Below, one piece after another: positions 50,156 through 59,487 of a stretch of DNA of 64,000 bases; within the stretch, counting starts at the first letter, position 1; each line of letters begins with the position of its first letter. Below the pieces are notes generated by a model. That model saw nothing but the letters and a program-made list of their open reading frames with translations. It had not been told where the DNA came from and ran no database searches. This DNA is from Pseudomonadota bacterium. GTDB taxonomy: Bacteria; Pseudomonadota; Gammaproteobacteria; Burkholderiales; Burkholderiaceae_C. A program made the position numbers and the translations under genes. The stretch is from contig JAKCDM010000002.1 of the NCBI GenBank assembly GCA_021841865.1, forward strand, positions 2,071-66,070, written 5' to 3'.

Positions 50156-51109
50156 GTCGACTTCGTGCCCGCGGTTGCGAGCCAGCTCCATCAGCAAATC
50201 CACCGCGTGTCGAATCAACGGCGTGCTCGGCTTGGTCGCCGACGTGGCCAGGAACAGCCGGCTGTACAGCCGGGGCCGCGTCAACTCGCGCACCGTGAAC
50301 GCCTCCGGGCGGCCCCCGGCCAGCACCGCGGCGCGCGTCAACACCGCGTGCCCATGGCCGCTGCGCACCAGGTCGAGCATCGACTGCACGCCCGAGACCT
50401 CCCACGCCACCTGCAGCTTGATGCGCGACAGCGCCGCCTGGTTCTCGATCACCCGGCGTATCGCATGGGTGCGCTCCGGGATGACCAGCGGGTAGGCCCC
50501 CAGCCCGGCGAACTCCACCTCCTCCACCTCCTGCGCCTGCTGGCCGCCCTGGCCGCCCTGCCCGTCCTGCGCGCCCTGCCGGTGCTGCCCCGCCTGCGCC
50601 GGGCTGACCAGGCACAGGGCCTCCTCGAACACCGGCTGCACCTCGATGGCTTCCTGGGTCTGCGGGTTCAGCACCAGGCCGACGTCGACGCGCCCGGTGG
50701 CGATCCATTCGGTGATGTGCGCGGACAAGCCCTCGACGATGGCCAGGCGAGCCTTCGGCAGGCGCCGCTCGAAGCCCTGCACCAGCGGCAGCGTCAGCAG
50801 GCGCCCCATGCTCGGCGGCAGGCCGATCACGACCCGCCCCGTGGGCTCGTCGCGACCTGCTTCCAGGTCCTCGCGGGCCTGCGCCACCAGTTGCAGGATG
50901 CCCACCGCATGCTCGAACAGGCGCTTGCCGGCCTCGGTCAGCACCACTCCGCGCCCGGTGCGCTGCAGCAGCACCGCGCGCAGGTCGGTTTCCAGCAGGC
51001 GAACCTGGCGGCTGAGCGCGGGCTGCGCGATGTCGAGCAGCACGGCCGCCTTGCTGAAGCTGCCGACCTCGGCCACGCGCACGAAATACTCGAGTTGCTT
51101 GAGGTTCAT
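50141..51109 (-). CDS. LysR-family regulator (Nac-like; probable lig/pmd activator)
   Basis: MNLKQLEYF...GSFSKAA..L.IAQPALSRQVR HTH; immediately upstream of ligJ. Confidence 0.92.
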   Translation of the reverse strand: MNLKQLEYFVRVAEVGSFSKAAVLLDIAQPALSRQVRLLETDLRAVLLQRTGRGVVLTEAGKRLFEHAVGILQLVAQAREDLEAGRDEPTGRVVIGLPPSMGRLLTLPLVQGFERRLPKARLAIVEGLSAHITEWIATGRVDVGLVLNPQTQEAIEVQPVFEEALCLVSPAQAGQHRQGAQDGQGGQGGQQAQEVEEVEFAGLGAYPLVIPERTHAIRRVIENQAALSRIKLQVAWEVSGVQSMLDLVRSGHGHAVLTRAAVLAGGRPEAFTVRELTRPRLYSRLFLATSATKPSTPLIRHAVDLLMELARNRGHEVDHINS

Positions 51110-51176
51110 GCGCGTGATTGGAGCACCTTCGCGCCGCTCGCCGGCTCGCGCGGCGCCTCGTGCCGCGTCCCGGACT

Positions 51177-51941
51177 TCAGCGAGGCGCCATGCGCAATGC
51201 GCCGTCGAGCCGGATGGTTTCGCCGTTGAGGTAGGTGTTGCGCACCACGTGCGCGGCCAGCTGCGCGATCTCCCGCGGCTGCCCCAGGCGCTTCGGGAAC
51301 GGTACCGACGCGCCCAGCGAGTCCTGCACCTCCTGCGGCAGCGCGGCCATCATCGGGGTGTCGAACAGCCCGGGGGCCACCGTCACCACGCGGATGCCGT
51401 GCGACGCCAGGTCGCGCGCCAGCGGCAGCGTCATCGCGGCCACGCCGCCCTTGGACGCCGAGTACGCGGCCTGCCCGATCTGGCCGTCGAAGGCCGCCAC
51501 CGAAGCCGTCATCAGCACCACGCCGCGCTCGCCGTCGGCCAGCGCCGGCAGCGTGGCGATTCGCGCCGCGCACAGGCGAACGACGTTGTAGCTGCCGATG
51601 AGGTTGATGCGCACGGTGCGCTCGAAGTCGTCCAGCGCGGCTGGCGAGCCGTCGCGCGACACCACGCGCCGCGCGCCGCCGACCCCGGCCATGTGCATGA
51701 CCACGCGCGCCACGCCATGCGCCTGCTCGGCGCGTTCGATCGCCTGCTGCATCGCGGCGCCGTCGCTGACGTCGGCGACGAGCGCGACGCCGCCGATGTC
51801 GGACGCCACCTTCTGGGCGCGCTCGGCGTTGACGTCGAGCACCGCGACCTTCGCGCCCTGGGCGGCCAGCTCCCGCGCCACGGCCTCGCCGAGGCCGGAG
51901 CCGCCCCCGGTGACCAGCGCACTTTGTCCTTGAATGTCCAT
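51177..51941 (-). CDS. SDR, HSD10-like 3-hydroxyacyl-CoA dehydrogenase
   Basis: VTGGGSGLG, INLIGSYN, TASVAAFDGQIGQAAYSASKGG and YLNGETIRLDGALRM motifs. Confidence 0.9.
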   Translation of the reverse strand: MDIQGQSALVTGGGSGLGEAVARELAAQGAKVAVLDVNAERAQKVASDIGGVALVADVSDGAAMQQAIERAEQAHGVARVVMHMAGVGGARRVVSRDGSPAALDDFERTVRINLIGSYNVVRLCAARIATLPALADGERGVVLMTASVAAFDGQIGQAAYSASKGGVAAMTLPLARDLASHGIRVVTVAPGLFDTPMMAALPQEVQDSLGASVPFPKRLGQPREIAQLAAHVVRNTYLNGETIRLDGALRMAPR

Positions 51942-51966
51942 GATCAGTTCGATGGGATGGAAAGCA

Positions 51967-53334
51967 TCAACCGGCGGCGGCAGCCGCCGGCGCGCCGGCG
52001 AGCCCGGCCTCCACGCGTTCGACCGCCACGCGCAGCGCCCGCATGCAACGCTCGTCCAACGCGCTGCCGACAAGTCGCTGCATCATATCCAGTGTCTGCT
52101 CGATCGGAACCGCCGCGCGATACGGGCGGTCCGCCGAAATGGCGTCGAAAATGTCCGCGGTGGTGATCACGCGTGTTTCCAGCGGAATGTCGGCGGCGAG
52201 CAGGCCACGCGGATAGCCGGCTCCGTCCAGGCGCTCGTGGTGCGCACCGGCGACGAAGGCCAGTTCGGCGAAGGGCTCGATGCCCTGCAGGATCTGCTCG
52301 GTGTAGAGCGCGTGCATGCGCATCGACTGCCACTCGCCATCGTCGAGCTTGCCGGGCTTGTCGAGCACCGAGTTGCTCACGCCGAGCTTGCCCATGTCGT
52401 GCAGCAGCGCGCCGCGGCGCAGCCAGCGCCGCCGCGCGGCATCGATTCCCAGTTGCTCGGCGATGAGGTCGGCATACAGGCCCACGCGCGCGCTGTGCCC
52501 GGCGGTGAAGGGACTCTTGGCGTCGATGATCTGGCCGAAGGCCTCGGCGATCTCGTCGAGATAGTCGTCGTCCAGCGGAACGCTGTGCTGAGCGGGCTCC
52601 AGCGCGTACACGCGTTGCGCCAGGTCCGCGTCTCGCAGCCCCTGCCAGAAGGCATCGTCGACCGCCTGTTCGAGCTCGCGCACGAGCTGCGGGTCGAACC
52701 AGCTGCCGCTGCGCAGGCGCGCCTCGGCGAGCGCGGCCTTCGGCCCCTCGGCGGTATGGAACACGTCGACCACCTGCGCCAGCAGCGCGATGCGCGCGTG
52801 CAGCGGAATCGATGCCCCGGCCAGCCCGTCGGGCTTGCCGCTGCCGTCCCAGTGCTCGTCGAGCGCGTGGATGGCCTGCGCGACGTTCTCGCCGAAGCGC
52901 ATCTGGCGCGCGATGTCGGCCCCGCGCTGGCAGCGGGTCTGGATCAGCTCGCGGGAAATGTCCTTGCCGTTCTGGAAAATCTCCAGCGTGGCACGGAAGC
53001 GCTCGGCCAGTCCGGAGCGCAATCCCGTATGCACAAGCACGAAGCGCGCAACCTGCGGCAACGAGCTGCCGAGCAGCTTGAAGTCGCGCTTGAACTGCAG
53101 GTCGTCGGTCAGGTAGAGCTCGCAGATGCGAGCCGCGTTGCTGCTGCAGCCGAGGTCCTTGAGCAGCAGCGTGTAATACAGGTCCCAGCGCTCGCCGGGG
53201 TCCAGGCCGAGCCGGTCGGCCAGGGTCATGCCGATATAGGCGCAGCGAACGCAGTGCCCGCGCGGCTGTCCCTCGGTGAGGTCCAGCGCGTGGCTCAGCG
53301 CCCCGATCAATTCCGACAACTTCAGTTGCTGCAT
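51967..53334 (-). CDS. Tandem HD-GYP phosphodiesterase
   Basis: N-domain LLKDLG / EHWDGSGKP (degenerate); C-domain GHSARV, LLHDMGK, HHERLDGAGYPRGL and ADIFDA..DRPYR (intact). Confidence 0.9.
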   Translation of the reverse strand: MQQLKLSELIGALSHALDLTEGQPRGHCVRCAYIGMTLADRLGLDPGERWDLYYTLLLKDLGCSSNAARICELYLTDDLQFKRDFKLLGSSLPQVARFVLVHTGLRSGLAERFRATLEIFQNGKDISRELIQTRCQRGADIARQMRFGENVAQAIHALDEHWDGSGKPDGLAGASIPLHARIALLAQVVDVFHTAEGPKAALAEARLRSGSWFDPQLVRELEQAVDDAFWQGLRDADLAQRVYALEPAQHSVPLDDDYLDEIAEAFGQIIDAKSPFTAGHSARVGLYADLIAEQLGIDAARRRWLRRGALLHDMGKLGVSNSVLDKPGKLDDGEWQSMRMHALYTEQILQGIEPFAELAFVAGAHHERLDGAGYPRGLLAADIPLETRVITTADIFDAISADRPYRAAVPIEQTLDMMQRLVGSALDERCMRALRVAVERVEAGLAGAPAAAAAG

Positions 53335-53403
53335 GTCCCGGCTCCGGCCGCGCCTCCCCCGTCACACCATAGCCGAAGCTACGCGCCAGCGCTCGACGCG
53401 GAT

Positions 53404-56400
53404 TCAGGCGCTTGCCCGCGTACCCTCGGCGACACCCGTCTCGGCCCCGGCCAGGCGGGCCAGCAGCCACTGCACGAAGGGATGCTCGGCAGACCAGGCG
53501 CGGCGATCGTGGTGCAGCGCGGCGTGCCACGCGGCCACCTCGCGCGTGCCCAGGCCGCTGCGCTCCAGCCACTCGGCCACCGGACAGGCGCTGCCCGGGC
53601 CGGTGATGTCCGCCGCGCCGTGGGCCCATGCCCAGTGCAGCGCCAGCGCGCCCAGCGGCCCGTCGATACGCGTGCCGCGCACACGGGCCTGGCGAGCCGC
53701 GCACCACGCGGGCACCTGCTGCGCGGGCATCGGCCGCGCCAGCGCGAAGCCCTGCCCCAAGGTCGCCCCCAGCGCGACCACGGCGCCCAGCGTGTCGTCG
53801 TCCTGCACGCCCTCGACCACGACCTGCCGGCCGAGGTCCCGCCCCATCTTGATCAGCGTGCTGATCAGGCTGAAGCTGAGCATCGGCGAGCGCCGCAGGT
53901 TCAGCGTCAGGCTCTGGTCGACCTTGATGGTGTCGAAGGGCAGTTCGCTGAGCCGGCGCAGGCTGCTGTAGCCCGAGCCGAGATCGTCCATGGCCAGCTT
54001 GACGCCCAGGCCGGACAACGCCGCGATGGCGTCGGCCTGCGTCGCGGGGTCGAACTCCTGGGTTTCCAGCAGCTCCAGCGTCAGGCGTCGCGGCTCGATG
54101 CCGCTGGCGCGCAGCGCCTGCGCGACCCATTCCGTGCACTGCGGGTGCAGCAGCGTGGTGGGCGGCAGGTTGACCGCCATGTCCAGGCGCAGCCCCTGCG
54201 CATCCCAGGTGCGCAACCAGCCCAGCGCCTGCTCGAGCACCAGGCGCAGCAGGCGGTCGAGCTCGGCGTCCCCCAGCAGCGGAAGGAAATGCCCCGGTGG
54301 CACCATGTCGCCTTCGCCCAGGCGCAGGCGCGCAAGCGCCTCGACGCGCTGCACGCTCGCGTCGGCCAGGTCCAGCACCGGCTGCATATGCAACTGCAGG
54401 CCGCCGCGGAACAGCGCGGCGCGGTAGGCCTGTGCCACCTCCAGCGGCAACACGAGCGACTGGGCCGACGCCCTGCAGGCCTGCCAGAACTGCGCGGCAC
54501 GCTGCTGCAGGGAGTGCGCGAACTGGCGCATGCGCAGGGCGTGGAACTGCCCCGGCCAGGCCCCGAACAGCACCATCACGAACGCCGCCCCGCCCTGCTG
54601 CGAAGGCACCGGAATCGCCATCACGCTGCGCACCCCATGCCCGCGCATCATTCCGTGCCACATGCGCAGGCGCGCATCGTCGGCGTATTCATCGGTGCTT
54701 TGCAGGTGGCCGCTGCGCCACGCGCTTCCGACCAGTCCGCGGCCGGCCGCGGTATCGTCATCCTGCCGCACCTGGTAGCGCGCCTGGCGCAGCTCGGCGG
54801 CGAGGCCCTCGGCGGCGGGCCCGGCGTCGGCCTCGATCTGGAAACAGCCCTGGGAATCGGGGCGCATGACCATGCAGGCCAGCATGCCGTCGAGTTCGCC
54901 CAGCGGCCGCAGCAGCGCGCCCAGCGCGTCGCGCCACGGTGTCCCCGGCCGCGCAAGCGGCTGGTCGAACACCTGGAAATAGTCGGTCAGGGTCTGCTCG
55001 TAGGCCTGGATCTGCGCCTGCAGGTCCTCCTGCAGGCGCGCATCGGCGATCTGCACCAGCCGGTACCGGGTGCGTGACATCACCGCGGCTGCGCGCAGGC
55101 GCGCCTGGAGTTCCTGGTGCACCAGCGCGCTGCCTCGCGTGAGCATGCTCGCCGCCAGCCCCATCAGGCAGCGGACCCGGCCGCGCTCGCTGCCGAGACG
55201 GCGCGTGGCCTCCCGATCGGCGTGCGGCCCGAGCAACCAGCCCAGGTGCAGCGCATCGTCGTGCGCCATGCGTTGCAGCACGGCCGGCGCGATACCGTCG
55301 TCCGCGGTCGCCCACTCGCGGCGCAAACGGGCTTCGTAGGGCTCGGGCGCCAGCACCGCGGGCAGCGCAGCGGCGCGCAGCACCTCGGCGGCGGCGGCGT
55401 CGAAGGCATCGAAGCCGGCCGCGGCGTCCGCGCCGCCGGCGGCCGCGCCGCCGAGCTGCCACCACTGCTCGCGCAACCCCTTGCGGCCCTTGACTTCGTA
55501 CAGCGCGGCGTCGGCCTGGCGCAGCAGCTCCTCGGCGCTGCTCGCGTCCCGGGGCATCAGCGCCAGGCCCAGGCTCATGCCGACCAGCGCGCGCTGCCCC
55601 CCGGGCAGCACGAACTCCTGTTCCACCGCGCCGTGCAGGCGCTGCATCACGGCGTCGATCTGCGCCGCATAGGCGTGCTCGTCCAGGTCCTCCAGCAGCA
55701 GCACGAATTCGTCGCCGCCGAAGCGCGCCAGGAAATCGCACTCGCGCATGCGCTCGCGAAGCCGGCGCCCGAACTCGCGCAGCAGGGCATCCCCGGCTTC
55801 GTGACCGTGCACGTCGTTGACGGGCTTGAAGTCGTCCAGATCGAGCATGCCCAGCGCGAGCATGCCGCCATGCCGGCGCGGCCGCTGCAGCGCCTGCGGC
55901 AGGTACTGCTCGAGCGCGCGGCGGTTGGGCAGGCCGGTCAGCGCGTCGTGACGCGCCTGGAAGGCGATGGTCTCGCGCGCCTCGTGCAACGCGGTGACGT
56001 CGATCACGCTCCACAGCACGCCGGGCGCGCCATCGGGAAGTTCGATCGGGACCCCGCAGACCTCGCAGATGCGCTGCGAGCCGTCGCGATGATGCAGGCG
56101 CTGCTCGTGGCGCGCGCGCAGCGCGCCGCGAGCAGCCTGGCGCGCCAGGCGCGCGAACCGACGTGCCTCGCCGGGTCCGTCGAGCAGGCACTGCACGGGC
56201 TGGTCGACGAGTTGCTCGCGCGTGAAGCCGAGCAGCTCGCACAGGGCCGGGTTGACGTCGCGCATGCGGCCCGCCTGGTCGACCGTGAACATGCCGGCGG
56301 CGTTCTTGTCCATCAGGCTGCGCTGGTAGGCCAGCGAACGCTGCAGCAGCGCCGCGGCGTCGCGCTCGCGCCGGGCCAGGTCGATGCGGTCGAGGCCGCG

Positions 56401-57420
56401 CGACAATTCCTGCGCCAGGTTGGCCAGCAGATCGCGCAGGTCCTGGTCGTACAGCCCGGCCTGCGCGTCCAGGATGGTCATCACCGCCCAGGTCTGCCCG
56501 CCGCGCGCGATCGGCAGCGTGGCCGCCGCGCGAAAGCCGTAGCGGGCCGCGGCGTCGCGCCAGGGATCGAGCTCGGGCGCGCCGACGAAGTCGTCGGTGT
56601 AGAAGGCGCGCCCCTCGCGCCACGCGCGGCCGGCGAAACCCTGGCCCTGCGGTTCGTCGGCACGCGCCGTGATGACCACGTCGCGCAGGTACTCGGTATG
56701 TCCGGCGCTGGCCACGAACACGAAGCTGCCGGAGGAGTCCGGGCGCGCCACGTACATCAGCTCGGCGCCCGCGTAGCGCACCGCCAGCTCGCAGGCCTGC
56801 TGCAACAGGCCCAGGTCGTCGTCGGCCGACGCGATGGCCTGGCTCACCTCGGCCAGCAGCGCGCGGAAATCCGCCAGGCGCTGCACGCGGCGCTGCGCGC
56901 TGCGCAGGCGCTGCCCGGCCTGGCGCATCTCGATCGCGCGCATCGCCTGCCGCCCCAGGCGCGCCAGGGCCTCGCGTTGCGCCGCATCCAGGCGGCGCGG
57001 CTGGTGATCCAGCACGCAAAGGGTGCCCAGCGCGTGGCCGTCGGCGTTGCGCAACGGCACCCCCGCGTAGAAACGCACCCGCGGCTCGCCGACCACCAGC
57101 GGGTTGCCGGCGAAGCGCGGATCGACATGCGTGTCCTCGACTTCCATGAGTCCGTCGCCGAGGATGGCGTGGGCGCAGAAGGACCAGGCCCGGGGGGTCT
57201 GCGCCAGGTCCACGCCGCGGCGGCTCTTGAACCACTGGCGCTCGGCGTCGACCAGCGACACCAACGCGACCGGCACCCCGATGATCTGCGCGGCAAGCGC
57301 CGTCAGGTCCTCGAAGGCCTCCTCGGGCTCGCTGTCCAGGATGTCGAGATCGCGCAGCGCGCGCAGGCGCTGCTGCTCGTCTGCGGGCAGGTCGGCGGGC
57401 TGGTACTCGAGAGATTGCAT
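53404..57420 (-). CDS. Multidomain diguanylate cyclase/phosphodiesterase: GAF-GAF-PAS-GGDEF-globin-like-GAF-EAL-CZB-like
   Basis: GAF (DEQQRLRAL..LDILDS, SFCAHAI, RFYAGVPL); second GAF; PAS; HDALTGLPNR; RECD-x5-GGDEF; VEALARL; DDLGSGYSSL; C-terminal H.W...C..W..H...H. Start re-chosen at MQSLEY. Confidence 0.9.
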   Translation of the reverse strand: MQSLEYQPADLPADEQQRLRALRDLDILDSEPEEAFEDLTALAAQIIGVPVALVSLVDAERQWFKSRRGVDLAQTPRAWSFCAHAILGDGLMEVEDTHVDPRFAGNPLVVGEPRVRFYAGVPLRNADGHALGTLCVLDHQPRRLDAAQREALARLGRQAMRAIEMRQAGQRLRSAQRRVQRLADFRALLAEVSQAIASADDDLGLLQQACELAVRYAGAELMYVARPDSSGSFVFVASAGHTEYLRDVVITARADEPQGQGFAGRAWREGRAFYTDDFVGAPELDPWRDAAARYGFRAAATLPIARGGQTWAVMTILDAQAGLYDQDLRDLLANLAQELSRGLDRIDLARRERDAAALLQRSLAYQRSLMDKNAAGMFTVDQAGRMRDVNPALCELLGFTREQLVDQPVQCLLDGPGEARRFARLARQAARGALRARHEQRLHHRDGSQRICEVCGVPIELPDGAPGVLWSVIDVTALHEARETIAFQARHDALTGLPNRRALEQYLPQALQRPRRHGGMLALGMLDLDDFKPVNDVHGHEAGDALLREFGRRLRERMRECDFLARFGGDEFVLLLEDLDEHAYAAQIDAVMQRLHGAVEQEFVLPGGQRALVGMSLGLALMPRDASSAEELLRQADAALYEVKGRKGLREQWWQLGGAAAGGADAAAGFDAFDAAAAEVLRAAALPAVLAPEPYEARLRREWATADDGIAPAVLQRMAHDDALHLGWLLGPHADREATRRLGSERGRVRCLMGLAASMLTRGSALVHQELQARLRAAAVMSRTRYRLVQIADARLQEDLQAQIQAYEQTLTDYFQVFDQPLARPGTPWRDALGALLRPLGELDGMLACMVMRPDSQGCFQIEADAGPAAEGLAAELRQARYQVRQDDDTAAGRGLVGSAWRSGHLQSTDEYADDARLRMWHGMMRGHGVRSVMAIPVPSQQGGAAFVMVLFGAWPGQFHALRMRQFAHSLQQRAAQFWQACRASAQSLVLPLEVAQAYRAALFRGGLQLHMQPVLDLADASVQRVEALARLRLGEGDMVPPGHFLPLLGDAELDRLLRLVLEQALGWLRTWDAQGLRLDMAVNLPPTTLLHPQCTEWVAQALRASGIEPRRLTLELLETQEFDPATQADAIAALSGLGVKLAMDDLGSGYSSLRRLSELPFDTIKVDQSLTLNLRRSPMLSFSLISTLIKMGRDLGRQVVVEGVQDDDTLGAVVALGATLGQGFALARPMPAQQVPAWCAARQARVRGTRIDGPLGALALHWAWAHGAADITGPGSACPVAEWLERSGLGTREVAAWHAALHHDRRAWSAEHPFVQWLLARLAGAETGVAEGTRASA

Positions 57421-57701
57421 GAGCAGGGTCTGACGCGCATGTTGCCGAACGGCCCCACGCGTGCCCCATTGTCGCCAGGATCGCGCGCTTTTGCGCAATT
57501 CTCGCACGCACGACGACTCGCGGGGACGGTCTCGGCGCAAGCAGGCGCCGCAGCTGGCCCGCAGCAATAAATGCGACACATTCCCTGCGTAACTTGCGGG
57601 CGTTTTTCACGCAAGCCGCCCGGCCGCTGGACACGCCGGCCGGGCAGTCGGCCCGAAGGGCTTGTCACGGCGCCACCGCGCCGGCGAAGGAGGAACTCGC
57701 G

Positions 57702-58040
57702 ATGACCATCAGTCCCTATGCGATGCAGACCTACTCGGACCTGCTCGGCGAACTCGAGCACGCGCGCCGCGTCCTGGCGCAGGCGCGCATCGGCAGCCAG
57801 GCGCCGGCGGCCGCCGCGCAGCGCGCGATCGAGGCCATCGATGCCGTGGAGGCGTCCTGGAGCGCCTTCGGGCGCCAGCACCTGCGTGCCGCGCGCGCGG
57901 CACTGCTGCACCTGCGCCAGGGCGAGCTGCCCGCGACCCCCGAATGCATCGACGCGGTACGCGAACTGTCGCTGCTGCTGCAGGCCCATCGGCGCGCCGA
58001 CCATGCGCCGTCGTGCAGCCGCCATTACGCGTGGCAGTGA
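57702..58040 (+). CDS. Hypothetical helical protein, 112 aa
   Basis: Strong AGGAGG RBS and host-like codon usage; no recognised motif. Confidence 0.65.
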   Translation: MTISPYAMQTYSDLLGELEHARRVLAQARIGSQAPAAAAQRAIEAIDAVEASWSAFGRQHLRAARAALLHLRQGELPATPECIDAVRELSLLLQAHRRADHAPSCSRHYAWQ

Positions 58041-58183
58041 ACGCGGCAGGCGCGAAGCCCGCAAGAGTCGGTAACGCAACGCAACGGCCAGCGAAACAAC
58101 CCGGTTCGCGGCAACAATAGAGCCCTTCAGGCGCATTGCGGGCAATCCTGCGCTGCCGCCGCCCGGAGCCCCATCGACCATCC

Positions 58184-58807
58184 ATGACCCTTTTCCGCCT
58201 GTCTCGTGCCGTCGTGTCCGCTGTCCTGCCAAGGTACACGCGGCGCTCCCTGCCTGGCCTGCTTGCCCTGTTCGCGCTGAGCGCACCGGCCTGCCAGGCG
58301 GGCGTGCTGAGTTCGAGCGAGGACTGGCTCGCCGGCGTGCGCGACCATCTGCAGACCATCTACACCCAGGGCCAGCCCGACCTTTTCCTGACCGGCTACA
58401 CCTGGCACGACCCGCACACCTACACCGCGGCCAAGCTGGCGACCCTCAACAGCCACGCCTGGGGCTTCGGCGGCGGCAAGCATCTGGTCGATTCGCAAGG
58501 CAACGACGAGATGGTGTACGCGATGGTGTTCTCGGACTCGCATCGCAATGCCCAGCCGGTGGTCGGCTACGCCAAGCAGTGGGACTGGCACCCCGACGGC
58601 GGGCCGCTGGTGCTCGGCCTGGGCTACACGGCGGCAGTGACCTCTCGCGCCGACATTTTCAACAACATCCCGTTTCCGATCGCGCTGCCGCTGGTATCCA
58701 TCGGCATCGGCGCGGTACGCTTCTACGGCACCTACCTGCCGCGCGTGTCGAGCAACCTGAACAACGGCAACGTGGCGTTTTTCTTCGCTCGAATCGCGTT
58801 TCGCTGA
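58184..58807 (+). CDS. pagP: Lipid A palmitoyltransferase PagP
   Basis: TGYTWHD..TY (catalytic His), N..AWG.G.G, YAMVFSDSH (Asp-Ser), GLGYTA...R, PFP..LPL.S and TYLP..NGNV motifs. Confidence 0.9.
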   Translation: MTLFRLSRAVVSAVLPRYTRRSLPGLLALFALSAPACQAGVLSSSEDWLAGVRDHLQTIYTQGQPDLFLTGYTWHDPHTYTAAKLATLNSHAWGFGGGKHLVDSQGNDEMVYAMVFSDSHRNAQPVVGYAKQWDWHPDGGPLVLGLGYTAAVTSRADIFNNIPFPIALPLVSIGIGAVRFYGTYLPRVSSNLNNGNVAFFFARIAFR

Positions 58808-58864
58808 GCCCTTGCGGCTCGGCAGCGTCGAACGCGGCCCGGGCCCCCGGGACAGGACACCACG

Positions 58865-59254
58865 ATGGACATTCGCAAGCTGGTCTGGGGCGTGCTGCTC
58901 GTGCTTTGCGGCGTGGGCGCCACCGGATGGGGCGCCTGGCATGGCGCGATCGACGCCAGCCACTGGGTGCGCGCGCATCGCGCGCTGCGTGAACTGCACA
59001 GCGGACGACCCGGGGATCTGCAGCGCCTGCAGCGCAGCGCGCAGGCGCGCGACGACCTGCTCGGGGAACTCGGCGCGGGGCTGGCCGCGTTGCCCGGGGG
59101 CCGCGAGGTGGCCGAGGCCGCGTGGCGCCAGCGGGAGCATCGCGCCGCGCGGCACCTGCTGAAGGACCTGCCCGCGCTGCTGGGCGGCCTGCTGCTGCTG
59201 GGTCTGGGCAACCACCTGCTGGGACGGGTCTCGCGCCTCCGGAACGGGGCCTGA
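58865..59254 (+). CDS. Hypothetical membrane protein (2 TM)
   Basis: Hydrophobic segments at both ends; AGGA RBS; follows pagP. Confidence 0.65.
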   Translation: MDIRKLVWGVLLVLCGVGATGWGAWHGAIDASHWVRAHRALRELHSGRPGDLQRLQRSAQARDDLLGELGAGLAALPGGREVAEAAWRQREHRAARHLLKDLPALLGGLLLLGLGNHLLGRVSRLRNGA

Positions 59255-59487
59255 GGGCAGGCCGATGCCGCCGACGCGCCGCTCGCCGATGGCGGTATGT
59301 TGCGTGAGGAACACACCTTGACACCATGGGTCTGCGGACCCAGGGTCGGGCGAGCCTGACGGACGGCGCGCTCCACGCGGCGGTGCAGCCCAGCTGTGTA
59401 AAGCAGCATTTACCTTTGACTCTCGCCAACCGGCACGCGGCACGCATCTAATGGGGCAAGCGCGATTGCATCCCCACAAGTACCTTG

